Positions 46,901 through 57,761 of a stretch of 64,000 nucleotides of DNA are shown piece by piece. Below the pieces are notes generated by a model. That model made no database searches and had not been told where the DNA came from. It saw only the letters and a program-made list of their open reading frames with translations. Location of the stretch: contig AP026173.1 in NCBI GenBank assembly GCA_030295235.1, forward strand, positions 1 through 64,000, in the 5' to 3' direction. A program made the position numbers and the translations under genes. Source of the DNA: Fistulifera solaris. Taxonomy: Eukaryota. The first letter of the stretch is position 1, and every line of letters begins with the position of its first letter.

Positions 46901-48187
46901 GAAACGGGTATAGCTCCTCCACGGCAGTCCTTGCATCACACAAACGGTCAGCCTCTTTCTGTAAACAAGACGGTACGAGAACTGAATCTGAAAGACGGAT
47001 CGACGATTCAGGTCGCGCTTTCTAAAGTACCTGTGACAGTAAAAAGTGCCGATGGAAGAGAAACTGAGCTCATGGCAGATCTGCACGATAATCTGATTGC
47101 CATTAAAGAGCAAGTTGAAAAAGAATTTGGTTTGCCGGTGAGCAATCAAAACCTACTGATTTTGGATCGTATCCTCAAAGACAATGACAGGCCTGCTAAA
47201 GATCAGGGTGTCGTTTCCGGATCGATTCTTTACATGGAACCGAAGCTTATGAATATTACAGCTATCTTACCGGACGGTACGCATCATGAATTGCAAGTCC
47301 AGCCTGGCGACTTGGTCGATTCGGTATCGGATCAAATTGCTCATGTCTCCGATTTGGCGAGTCATCGACAAGTGCTCAAACTAGATTCCCGCACTTTGAA
47401 TAAGGTCGAGACACTACGTGATGCGCGAGTCCTACCCAATTCTACAATCCATGTGAGTATCTATACTATTCCCATCACTGTGCAAACAGCCGACAATAAA
47501 AGCTACGATTTGAACGTCGAGCCAACGTCGATGATTAGTGAACTGAGGAAAACACTTGAACAGGAAACGGGCATTGACGAAAAGAAGCAAATATTGATGT
47601 ACAATGAAACAGAACTGAAAATGGGAACCATTAAAGCCGGCGGTCTACTACCCAAATCTGTTGTGCACTTGAGTGTTCGCAAAGACTCTATTATCTTCGT
47701 GGATGTGAAATGCGGTACCCTCTTTGCCGTCGATCGCGATGAAGTGATTGAACGGAAAATCTTGACAGCCAATCAAGGCAATCGTCTCGACTTTTTAGAA
47801 GCGACTCAAGACAGCAAAGTTAAAGAGAACATGAAGAAAGCCATGCTGAGTTCCCCATCTCTCGGTGTAGCGCCACAAGTCGTCGTCGTGTCAACCCAAG
47901 TGGATGACTACGAGTTGGAAGAAGCGGCCAAAGTCGCGAGTATGTGGGGCGTAAGTTTGAAGAAGCGTGAAAAGAACAAGAAAGGTGAAGAGTTCATTTT
48001 TGTGGATCCGAAAACGGGCGCGTGTGGCGAATTGTCTCGCAAAAGGTATCTCGACATGACCTTTATTACATTGGAAACATTATCAAACGGCGAAGAAACG
48101 GTGGCCGAACGAGAGACGGATACAATGACTTACGACAAGTACGTGATGGACATTCGTCGCGTTTTTGACATCAAATCGGCGACTTAA
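43904..48187 (+). CDS. Protein with 14 tandem ubiquitin-like domains between an N-terminal helical domain and an unknown C-terminal domain
   Basis: Uninterrupted ORF; ~73-aa units with I.V.T.DG...V.P.DT...LK..I....G.....Q.L...G..L.D..T...GI..GS.L.L. Confidence 0.9.
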   Translation: MTEANNANATTAVNPLKTDADLLSLLKRLDGIHKYKTFQRWKARFLDRLESFLYEAGMGPADESCQAFSTLLQKQIRRGQAVQAHVAHGELTAEKKTVKAALALNEMCTLLTNAVQETELLIPANTKEEKQRGYTKFHLGAVLIRQGFHQYQAMQAIEADLQQLSRDLEQVADKQQQELFHMYHTQVQRFCDVMADLNLYEVMKKCLQFAQAPEEEESSDEEPIVIQIVIHTHDGKKLTLTLDQTETIGNIKESIVAACGIPVERQVLTFQDTLLNDPDATLVGCGISDQSELKVEPFRIPITVKTMDGVIHSMQVDPTDYLTSIKQQLTERTGIAPNNQNLTLQNTPLDDLKTVSENGIAAESQLEMEPKMLNLNVTLPGGKFVVVSVPPSDTVEDLKEKVAHQTGLAAPRQVIKVAEQALPVDQPLRDLGLNDGSNIVVDLFQIPIQVKTMDGKSISLMIEPTKYLSDVKRQLEADSGLHAANMQLSRDDEDGNSEVLDNDMKTAQDYDIRADAVLDLAPKKMPIRVQLPDGKEIEVEISPSDTADVIKQAVYDKSGLAPSRQKLMYQEEEMPLDETVRKMGLQPGDLLQVDFNKVPIIVNTMDGRQIKVDIDLADSLGDIRKHLEVETGLPANNIQLFLDGNALDDDQRTAEDYGVEAGSELDLEPKSITLTIELPDGKTIALVVSPQDTTHDIKAKIQAKCGLAPERQVVCHNGKELPPDGTKVREMGIPADATLQVGLHKIPIVAKTMDGRKIQVDVEPATTLADLKKQVQDEAGITADNIAMSMGGHPLDDDGKSLNDYGIRAGSELDLEPKSIAVTVELPDGTKHPITIRPSDTIGNLKQAIEDATGIQAPRQVVHYQGNEIKPDQTVRSIGIPDGATLQVGYFKIPIAVNCVDGSQLHVNIELTATLSDIKKVIEQESGVPANNQSLSFDGSPLEDDSSKTAVDYGIQAGSEIDMEPNTMRLQVELPDGSTIPLFVRPADSTDAIKDLIHKETGIAPPRQSLHHTNGQPLSVNKTVRELNLKDGSTIQVALSKVPVTVKSADGRETELMADLHDNLIAIKEQVEKEFGLPVSNQNLLILDRILKDNDRPAKDQGVVSGSILYMEPKLMNITAILPDGTHHELQVQPGDLVDSVSDQIAHVSDLASHRQVLKLDSRTLNKVETLRDARVLPNSTIHVSIYTIPITVQTADNKSYDLNVEPTSMISELRKTLEQETGIDEKKQILMYNETELKMGTIKAGGLLPKSVVHLSVRKDSIIFVDVKCGTLFAVDRDEVIERKILTANQGNRLDFLEATQDSKVKENMKKAMLSSPSLGVAPQVVVVSTQVDDYELEEAAKVASMWGVSLKKREKNKKGEEFIFVDPKTGACGELSRKRYLDMTFITLETLSNGEETVAERETDTMTYDKYVMDIRRVFDIKSAT

Positions 48188-48255
48188 CGTGAAGTTAATA
48201 AAGATAGTCACATAATGAAACATGAATTGTTTCCAGTATGTTACTACAACTTAAG

Positions 48256-49264
48256 TTATTCCTTGTTCGCCGTCGAGGCCGCCGAAGCCTGAGTCATTTC
48301 CACAATGAGTTTCTTGACATCACCACGATCTTGTGCCGGACGGGGAAACGGCACACGCACTTTGAATTGCTGCGGCAAAAGGCGACGGCTTCTTCTCGGG
48401 TAACTTTGACAAACATCCCCAACGAATCGACGGAAGTAATTTCGGCCGCGGTTATGGTGGGTCCCTCTTTCATGCCGGGTACCGCATTCTGTACAATCGC
48501 AATGGTCGCCGACTGATGATCGTCATTCATGTGTTCGGCAATGTGCGGACCAAAGGCCGAAATTGCATCGGGCTGCGCTTGCGCATACTCGTCAGCCGTG
48601 ACCGTTCCGGCCCTGGCAAAGCCACCGACAAAGCGCACATGTTCGACGGACATTCGGAACCAATTGAAATCCCCAAAAGCCGTCCAGAAGGCTCCCGGAT
48701 GCTTCTGATTGTAAAGTTGTTGCGCTTGTTCAATTTCTTCTTTCGATTTAATCAATGTCGCTGTTCCCATGAGATTGACACGTCCATCGGCGGCACCTTT
48801 GAACTGCTTGCTGGCAATCGTCAAACTACAGTGGGGGTTCGCGAGAATGTCTTGCGTATGCGAAGACATGCCCGAAAAAACAAAAGAGCGGCCGCCCTTG
48901 CTCATCGACGGAAAATCCGACTACGGAACCGCCGGGAAAATCGGGATGCGCTTTACTAAACGTACTCATCACCGCAAAGCCGTGACTGTTTTGCACTAAC
49001 GTACGAACATCCGTCGCAAAAATCCAATTTGGGGGCATTTTGTTGATGTTGTTGATACTCCATTAACTGTTTTTGAAGTTCGGGCGATAATTGCGACATT
49101 GGATCGCCTCCGACGTCATGACGGGGAGCACTGTTGCGGAGAATCGAAGGAGAAGACACACATGAAGTCGACTGTGCGAAAAATTGTTGCGGATCATGGT
49201 GATTCGCAACAAATGCGTGCGCCGTATTCACAAGCAGCAGTGACAGAACAAGCAAAGAGATCAT
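48256..49264 (-). CDS. PNP-oxidase-like split-barrel + DUF2470-type protein (HugZ/GluTR-binding-protein-like), probably plastid, frameshifted
   Basis: FPGGSVVGF, MSSHTQDILANPHCSL, VRFVGGFARA, IAEHMNDDH, VDSLG; leader ending AHAF-VA. Confidence 0.78.
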
Positions 49265-49908
49265 GTTACAGTTGATTGAGACGATATTAGAGGAAAATGA
49301 ATGTGTTTGCGACCTAGAGAGTCAATACGAAGGGAATGAATGATGAGAATGAAAAGGCGCCTGCGTATCGATTTTGGCGTCATTGACGTGGAATGAGAGT
49401 TGTGCGGAGTCCTGCCAAAGAATCGGGTCCCGGAATTATGTCGCAGACTTGCGTCATTCGAGGGAACGCCAAAACGACGTGTAATTCCGGGGAGTAATTC
49501 AAGCCAGAGAAATCCAATTATGTTCACTGTAGATATGCAAAATGCACAAGCTCCCCGTGGAGTGCAAAATGAAACAATACTACACTACAGCGTATAGTAG
49601 CTCGCGGAGTATCTCTTTCTCGTTCCAATCTGGTTTTTGGCGTTATTTCCCTCACACCTTGCCTCACACTCACAGCTTGTATGCGAGAAACAGAACGTGA
49701 TGGATACAAACAAAGCGCAAGCGGGCATCATTCATTGCGTTGCAATAAGACTGCAATAGACTTATTTGCCGAGTGATCTCGTTTACCTGCTTTCAGTTAT
49801 ATTCGATTCTCTTGTTTGCCTAGCGCAAAGTTAGAAGATTCAAACAGTTCCTCATCATTGCAAAGCAGTTTATCGTCGCGTTGTAATCAATCATTCATCC
49901 TATCATGA

Positions 49909-51123
49909 GTGCACCCAACAATCACGTTCATGCTTCCTCCGCGAACGAAGAAACGAAATCTTTCTTGCCTAGCTTTTTCTTCCTCTTCCACAGTAGCGGC
50001 AGTTCCTTCGGTACTGCCGACAACCGAGGAAGATTTCCGCAAAGCACTGCAGGAAGCATTTCTGCAAGGCACACAAGCTGCAACATTGCCCAAATCACCG
50101 GAAGAATTTGCGCAAGCTTTGCAAGAAGCATTTGCTCGAGGTGCACAAGCCGCTGTCGGAAGAAAACCGGCACCGGGGTTGTTGAGTTCAGTTGTATCGT
50201 GTCCCGATTTGTATCGTGCGGCGTCTCCGGTCCTTCCCTTTGCTGCGGCGGCGCCTCCTCCGGAGGCACTTGCGGCGGCTACCATTCCGCACAATGAACA
50301 TCCACAACATCGCGTCGTTTTACCTGCACCCGTCGAAACACGCAGTTACTCCATGCCCGACATGACGGCTCTGCAGCAAGAAGACTTGAAACGACAGAAT
50401 CGTCTCGCCCGCAATCGAGCTTCGGCACGTCAACGACGATTGCGCAAAAAGCATCTCGTCGAATCCTACGAGGCACAAGTCATTGCTTTAGAACAGCGAC
50501 TACAGAAATTGCACAATTTGCAGTGGGGAGAGACGTCTACCGAGCTGTTGAATGCTTTGAGTTTGGATCGAGGACAGGATGAACTCAAGTCCACCGAACG
50601 GCAACAAGCTGCGGCGCAAGCGTTAGCGCAACAATTGCAAGCGGTGTTGCAGTTAGAGCAAGTCATGGAAGAACAGTTTGCCGTGTATCAAGTCGCAATG
50701 GGGAATACTCATTTTCTTGGCGAGGGCGACGAGGAGTTGGCGTTGGAATTGACGGACGAACAGAGGCTAGTGTTGCAGGAACAAGCCAAGACGTGGCAAG
50801 AGGAGTGGGATGCTCTGCAAACGACCAAAGAAATGCTACAGGCGTTGCAAGAACACGAATGGTTGTGGAAAAATGGTATACACGAAGCGGCAGAACCTTT
50901 CAAGAGTCTTTTGTCGAAGCAGCAGCGCACCAAATGGTATATCTGGGCCGATGCCAATGGGGAAGCTCTGGATGAACTTTACGTTGTGGAGCCCCAGTAT
51001 GCGGATGGTCCGCTATTTCAGTTTGGGACCGAGGATCTCATGCCAGAGGACGCCGCAAAATTGAAGCAAGCGACCAACGGGGGTAGTGTTGGTGGAGAGG
51101 GACAATTTGACTGGACGTTTTGA
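49909..51123 (+). CDS. bZIP transcription factor, paralog 1
   Basis: KRQNRLARNRASARQRRLRKKHLVESYEAQVIALEQRLQKL. Confidence 0.9.
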   Translation: MHPTITFMLPPRTKKRNLSCLAFSSSSTVAAVPSVLPTTEEDFRKALQEAFLQGTQAATLPKSPEEFAQALQEAFARGAQAAVGRKPAPGLLSSVVSCPDLYRAASPVLPFAAAAPPPEALAAATIPHNEHPQHRVVLPAPVETRSYSMPDMTALQQEDLKRQNRLARNRASARQRRLRKKHLVESYEAQVIALEQRLQKLHNLQWGETSTELLNALSLDRGQDELKSTERQQAAAQALAQQLQAVLQLEQVMEEQFAVYQVAMGNTHFLGEGDEELALELTDEQRLVLQEQAKTWQEEWDALQTTKEMLQALQEHEWLWKNGIHEAAEPFKSLLSKQQRTKWYIWADANGEALDELYVVEPQYADGPLFQFGTEDLMPEDAAKLKQATNGGSVGGEGQFDWTF

Positions 51124-51515
51124 TGCTATCCATATCGATAAGAATGGTAGACCAATCATTTTGCTTATTCTACTTTTCGAAGAGATCCAAATTCTGTAGC
51201 GGAATGAATTAGCCCTTGAGGCCCAGCAGTTCCTGTGACATTTCATGGAAGTGAGTTTTGATTACAGTAGAAACAGTATACACGTGGTCCTTGAGTTGAA
51301 AAGTATTTCTGTATAGATTTGTGAAGTAAAGAATCGAGGCATGTGTTCCAAATGATACTGATGCTGCTTTATCGTGTTCAAGGCAAATAAAAGCTTTCCG
51401 CGATGAGAGAACACAAGGAGGGTAGGCATAGCAGTCTCTAGAGCTCAAAAATTGATTCATGACTGGAATGCAGTCGTGGTAAAAACGGACAACACAAACA
51501 CATTGGGTCTATACC

Positions 51516-51637
51516 GGGAAAGTTTCCAAATCCCCCCTTTACTATATTTTTGGCCCACCCTCCGTTATGAATTCACTGCATGAGGGGGGGATTTGGCGCC
51601 CTGTTTTTACATGAAGGGGGGATTCGGAAACCAACCC
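51516..51637. mobile_element. Mutator-type MITE, ~122 bp, with a 9-bp TSD
   Basis: TIR GGGAAAGTTTCCAAATCCCCCCTT vs reverse complement GGGTTGGTTTCCGAATCCCCCCTT; perfect direct repeat GTCTATACC on both sides (~51507-15 and 51638-46). Confidence 0.88.
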
Positions 51638-52023
51638 GTCTATACCTGGTACCTGGTAGTGAATACGGAAATAGCGGTCAAGAGGAGCTTCGCCGTCATT
51701 AAAACGAAAATTGTAAATTACAAATGCCACTAACGGTAGTTGCATCATGATAGACATATTTATATTATTTATCAAGCTAGGGAATAAGGCTGAATTCTGT
51801 CTCGAGAACGTAAGGATTGAGTCCCGGGTAGAAAGCTCCGTGTATTCCACACGACGACCACACGCACAACGCGTGCGGTTCGCACTCTTCAACCTCGTGC
51901 CGATGGGGCGACTTGTTTCTCATCACTTTTTAAAACTTCAAGACCTATTATCATGACGAACAACACACAATATTCATATCATTCAACAAAAGAAAGCATT
52001 TTCCAAGTCTGTTAACTTTTAAA

Positions 52024-52665
52024 ATGGAGGACTCGCTAATACACCACGCAACTATTCATCGTACCACAGAAAAGAAACTCAATCAATGGAAATCAATCAA
52101 AATATTCTCCAAAGGGGATGCACACTCCAGCACACCAACGTCAAAGTCATCCTCATCATCAAACAGTCTCGCCCTGCTTCCGGATCAACATCCCGCTTGC
52201 CTCATACCAACCATCGAACTTCCAGCTTCCGGGCAAGTTATCCATGTTTCATCGACACAAACCGCTACCTTCTATGCTGATCTCGCGCAAAAATTTCTCG
52301 CCAATCATCCGAAAGTCAACATGACGGGCTTGGAAAACGCCATTGTGATTGCACTTGACGCAGCAAATCTGCTGCAACGAAGAAAAAACTGCCCGCGTTG
52401 TCCTGTAAGCTAATTCTTGTTTTCTTACCCCTATCGTACCCGGCACACACTGCGTCTTCTCATGCAACATCTCGTCTCCTTCCTTTGACTTCTCAGCTTA
52501 CACTCAACCTACGACAAAGTTGCTACTCAGAGCCGTCGGCCGTCCTATAAAGCGCGAATTATGCTGACTTTCGAGCGCAGCGACGAATACAGAACTTGGC
52601 TTTTACAAAACGATCGAGCGTGTTGTTTCGTTTTTGTTACAGACGATGCAGAAAGTGAGGACTGA
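52024..52665 (+). CDS. Alba-domain protein, paralog 2; intron 52405-52496; apparent 1-nt frameshift in an A-run at ~52385
   Basis: VIHVSSTQTATFYADLAQKFLANHPKVNMTGLENAIVIALDAANLLQR; exon 2 HSTYDKV...KARIMLTFERSDEYRTWL. Confidence 0.75.
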
Positions 52666-53109
52666 ACCCGATTTCATGAGCCATAACCGCCTATGCTCGC
52701 GTGTCGATGAAAAATGCTTTCGACGAATATACTCCGGTGGCCTTTCAAGATTGCACCGCTGCCGCTTCAGTTTCTCGTTTGTAGTACACGGTATACATCT
52801 TCTGATTTTCCAGACAGTCCCTCATTTCGTTAATCACAGTCAACAACACGTCAAAACTGGTGAAACACGATTTTCGAAATCCCAGCATGTTTTTCGATTC
52901 GTCCAAGAATAGCCATGTTTCTTCGTCGCGGTACGACCATCGCGCGTAGCCTTACTGTGAACTAAAGTGTAGATGGACAAATGCTTCTCGAAATTCGTAG
53001 AAAACTCCACGAATCTCATCGGCGTTCAGCATCGGAGTATCTCCAACACTAACGATTTCCCCTCAAGCTGACACCAATTCTCACTTTTTGAAAACTTCAA
53101 ACTGCAACC

Positions 53110-53921
53110 ATGCCGCGAAGAAACACTCCTTCCTTGCTCAAGCGGCGAACCGGGAAAAGTGACCGAGATAAAAGGTCTAGTTGCAGCGAAAAAGACAAGC
53201 AACAGCCGAATAAAAACGAAACTTCGTCGCTTCAGAAGGACTTGCATCAAGTATTGGAAGTTGCTACACAACAACTGTCCCTCGCTAATGAACAAAACCC
53301 AAGCGGCGATACAACTCTGTCATTGAATAGTACTTTCTTGCTTTCGAAGAGCCATCTCCCTCCTGAAGCAAGCTCGCGGCCAGCTGAAAATTTCAGCTCG
53401 TCAAACGATAGTGTCGAAGTGAACGAAACTAATCAGCAACCGGACAGCGGGACCTCTGAAACAAGCCAAGTTACAACTGATGATGCAAAAATAGAAACCG
53501 ACCATGATCGGAATAGCCATGAACAAGTATCCACCGCAGTCGATAGGGTGTGCCTATTCATCAAGTCGAACAGAATACCTTCTGATTTCTTCAACCTGGC
53601 TCGAAAATTCTTAGCCAAGTCGGTGGAGATTGATCTCATTGCGATGGAAACGGCCATCATTGTCGCTGTGGATACAGCCAATTTGTTGGAGCGATCGAAG
53701 TATGCAACCATATGTCGGTAAGTAAAAAAAGAGCTTTATGTCGCTCGTTTCCCTTACGAAATACCAACATCTTCTTCCTCACGTGCAGGGTGATGACAGA
53801 TAATGTGGATACTACGATGGAGTTTCGTATCGATACAGGCGCCCCGATCCGACGATCACGCATTTGTATAACAATACGAAGAACCGAGGATTACACCAAC
53901 TGGTTGAAGGACAACATTTAA
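53110..53921 (+). CDS. Alba-domain protein, paralog 3; intron 53718-53788
   Basis: LFIKSNRIPSDFFNLARKFLAKSVEIDLIAMETAIIVAVDTANLLERSKYATIC, spliced to RVMTD...RSRICITIRRTEDYTNWL. Confidence 0.78.
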
Positions 53922-54239
53922 AGCAAGCTGGAGATCATCAACAGCCGGAAAAATAAATAGAAGAATTAACGCAACTTCAAGTTGTATTACTACATCATGA
54001 GAATGCTTGAAGTGTGTTTTGCCGAGAAGGAGAGATCGTCGGCTGCCGCGTTCAAGCTTGTCGAAGTGCTTCTCAGTAAATTTTCTACGTGCTGCTACGT
54101 ACGTGATAGCCCGTACAGTATTGTAATCAGATGTATCCGGGTTATTTAGGCAGGTATAATCTGTACAAAATAATGATGTCGGTAATGAAACCGCAAGAAA
54201 AATAGACTAAAACGTGGTGAGATTGTAGACTAGAGGCTA

Positions 54240-55480
54240 ATTCAGAAGGCTCCACGCTCTTGACAGAATTTGGAAAATAAGCAGATTTTCTGTAAGAAAA
54301 AAAATACCTATTCATTCCAGGATTTCAGAAAAAAAAACACACACAGTCCAGAAATACTGGAACATGCATGCACAAAAGCGTGTGTAAACAGGCATGAATC
54401 TAAACGGTAAACCCGTTTAGATTCACGGAACAAGAATCACCGATTCCAGAGTATCTGGACCCAAAACAGATTTTCTGTAAGTCCCAAACGAACAATTCCA
54501 GAAAATCTGGAACATGCAAAAAAGTGTTTGTCTGACGAAAACGCCCATTCCAGAATTTCTGGAACTCCCACAGATTGTCCGCGAGACAGAATGAGCGGTT
54601 GCAGATTTTCTGCAACGTGCACTATATCTTTGTGTGAACTTGAATCACCGATTCCAGAATATCTGGACCCAAAACAGATTTTCTGTAAGTCCCAAAAAAC
54701 ATTTCCAGAAAATCTGGAACATGCAAAAAAGTGTTTGTCTGACGAAAACGCCCATTCCAGAATTTCTGGAACTCCCACAGATTGTCCGCGAGACAGAATG
54801 AGCGATTCCAGATTTTCTGCAACGTGCACTATATCTTTGTGTGAACTAGAATCACCGATTCCAGAATATCTGGACCCAAAACAGATTTTCTGTAAGTCCC
54901 AAACGAACAATTCTAGAAAATCTGGAAAATACAAAAAGTGTTTGTCTGACGAAAACGCCCATTCCAGAATTTCTGGAACTCCCACAGATTGTCCGCGAGA
55001 CAGAATGAGCGATTCCAGATTTTCTGCAACGTGCACTATATCTTTGTGTGAACTAGAATCACCGATTCCAGAATATCTGGACCCAAAACAGATTTTCTGT
55101 AAGTCCCAAACAAACATTTCCAGAAAATCTGGAAAATGCAAAAAAGTGTCTGTCTGACGAAAACGCCTATTCCAGAATTTCTGGAACTCCCACAGATTGT
55201 CCGCGAGACAGAATGAGCGATTCCAGATTTTCTGCATCAAGAATCACCGATTCCAGAATATCTGGACCCAAAACAGATTTTCTGTAAGACTTAAACAGAC
55301 GATTCCAGATAATCTGGAAAATGCCAAAAATTGCATTTTTGACGAAAACACCCATTCCAGAATCTCTGGAACTCCCACAGATTGTTTGTAACACAGAAAA
55401 GCAATTCCAGATATCTGTAACGTGCACTTTATCTTTGTGTGAACAAGAATCACCGATTCCAGAATTTCTGGAACGGTGCA
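54240..55480. repeat. Satellite with a ~207-bp unit built from four ~52-bp palindrome-headed sub-monomers
   Basis: AATCACCGATTCCAGA recurs at 54435, 54643, 54850, 55057, 55242 and 55448; decayed copies at both edges. Confidence 0.95.
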
Positions 55481-56051
55481 AAACATCTGTGTGACGCAAA
55501 ACAACGATATCAGATTTGTCGACAGCCTTTCAGCAACCTACATCTATGGATGATGGATGTCCTTCTAGTTAGGAGTTAGGGCCCCTTTCCCTTTATCTCC
55601 ATTCTACCGGGCAAGTCAAAGCGACGGCACTACAAACTAGCTTATAGTCAGCGTGTGCCTTTTTTGATTGGTTATCATACCTTGAAGTAGCAACGGTTTT
55701 TCTGGATCGCAGAAAGCGGAGGTCGGACAGTCGTCGTTTGTTTCTGTTGACGGATGAGGTTTCATAAAGTCAAGTGAACACGCATGTCACGCGTGGGACG
55801 TAACGTCAACAGTTGAACGAAAAACGACGCGTCATGAAGGGCGCTATGAAAGAAACAGTGCGATTGGCTCGTTTGAAATTTCGACTTTCTGATCACGTCG
55901 TGAGAATGCTTTCGTCAACGACTTATTTGGGTCGCAAGAAATCGAGTGATGACAAGTAGTAGTTTGAAAACGACGATTAAGTCTGACGAAGCGTCATTTT
56001 TTCTTTCGTTGAACGCATCATCGCCTTTCTTCGAAACAAATCATCGCAAGT

Positions 56052-57147
56052 ATGTCATATCCTGCAACGAATGAGGACTATTTGAAGGCTCTCGAAGAAG
56101 CGTATCGACAAGGGGCGGCAGCGGCGGCGCAAATGGCTTTGCAAGAACAACAGTCGATCAACAGTAATCGAGGAGCGTCGTGTCCGGACTTTAGCGGGCA
56201 GCCGATGGCTCTAAACAGCAATCAGCATGCTGCTGTACTGCCATTCTCGGTCCCTGATCCGCTCTTTCATCATGTCGCAAGTCAACCGCAACAGCAGCAA
56301 CAAACCGAGTTCATCATGCCCCTCCGCCGCCCCCCTTCTTCGATGCTACAACACGACATTGCACCCGCTTTTCCTACACAGCATCGTAGCTTTTCTATGC
56401 CGGATATGAGTGTTTACGCGTCACAGAAACAAGAAGATATTAAGCGTTACAAGCGTTTGGCGAGAAACCGTGCTTCGGCGCGCATTCGCCGTTTGCGAAA
56501 GAAACAGTTAGTCGATGAATACGAATCTGAAGTCAAGTCGTTAGGCAGTAATTTACAGCGTTTAAAAAGAGCACGAGTGGGGAAATAGTGACGATCCTCC
56601 AAGTCTTTTACAGTTGTTGAGCATGGAACGGGGACAAGATGATCTCGATCCCGCGCAACGACAAGAAGTAATCGCTTCGCTGCTTTCACAGCAACTTCAA
56701 GTCGTTCAACAATTACAAGAACTTATGCAAGAACAGTATGCGCTGTATGAGGTAGCAACCAGTGACAGCACAGAATTCGAAGAACTAGCCTCAATTTTGG
56801 AACTAACATCGAGTCAACGGAATGAAATTCGTGCGCAAGCGACAGGGTGGATGCAAGAGTGGCAGGCACTGCAAACAGTTGAAGACTCGTTAATTAACAT
56901 GCAAGAGAACGAGTGGCTTTCAAAGAACGGTGTGCCCGAGATGGTGGAGGAGCTGTATGCGTTGTTTAATAAGAATCAGCTCACCAAGTTTTTGATATGG
57001 ACCGACGTTAATCGAGAGGCTATCGATCTTGTGAATATAGTGAACGCAGTGTCGAACATGGGTATCGAGCATGACGGACCTGTGTTTCAGTTTGGTGTTG
57101 AGAACAACTGCGACGAGGGTTTTCATCAGAGCGATCTCAATTTTTAA
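56052..57147 (+). CDS. bZIP transcription factor, paralog 2 (frameshift at ~56580)
   Basis: KRYKRLARNRASARIRRLRKKQLVDEYESEVKSL; downstream domain alignable to paralog 1 (LSMERGQD, DGPVFQFG). Confidence 0.88.
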
Positions 57148-57761
57148 TGCCTATACGCTGCTGAAGTCTAGAAACATAATGTCCTTATTGACCTAACCTT
57201 CGATCGCTAGCTGTTTTTGTAATCTAGTTTAGATGACAAAAGGTAGAAATAAAATCTTCGAACTTCGAAAACAATAGACACAAGAAGGGCGGATCTCTTA
57301 CGGTAACATGGTATGGGTAAGAGTTAAGACACGATGAAATTACACGATACGGGACTGCATCCTATAAGACACGGTTGAACTTGAAAAACACAATGTCGGA
57401 CGTGGAAGTATTGGCTTGCAGTACATCACACGTATACTGTAAACAGAAAAGTACTTTCCGTCAGAAGTCGTGCGTTCCAATCCAAGTTGTAAATTGTCGA
57501 TGTCATCTTGAACTGGACCACGAGCACGGACGAAACTCCTCCAAAGTGTGCGGGCCAAATCAGTGGAAAAGAATCGTATCCGATGGCCATCTGGCCATCG
57601 TCTTTGTCAACAACGACGACATCAATAAGCAACGAAAGCAACAACACAGCAGTTGAAGGAGGCCAGAGTCTTTCAACAACCACAAGTTTATTGTGGCAAT
57701 CAATTCAAGGGGATCCACGCCGGTCGTAGTAGTATGGTGACAATTTTTCTGGTAAGCAAAG

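Noticed and set aside
54400..55504. CRISPR array or coding repeats in the satellite
   Set aside because: Spacers recur every fourth unit, there are no cas genes, the context is eukaryotic, and the ORFs on both strands are by-products of the repeat.
55780..55905. ACGT-rich motifs upstream of bZIP2 as autoregulatory sites
   Set aside because: Short motifs that are common in this sequence; unsupported without binding data.
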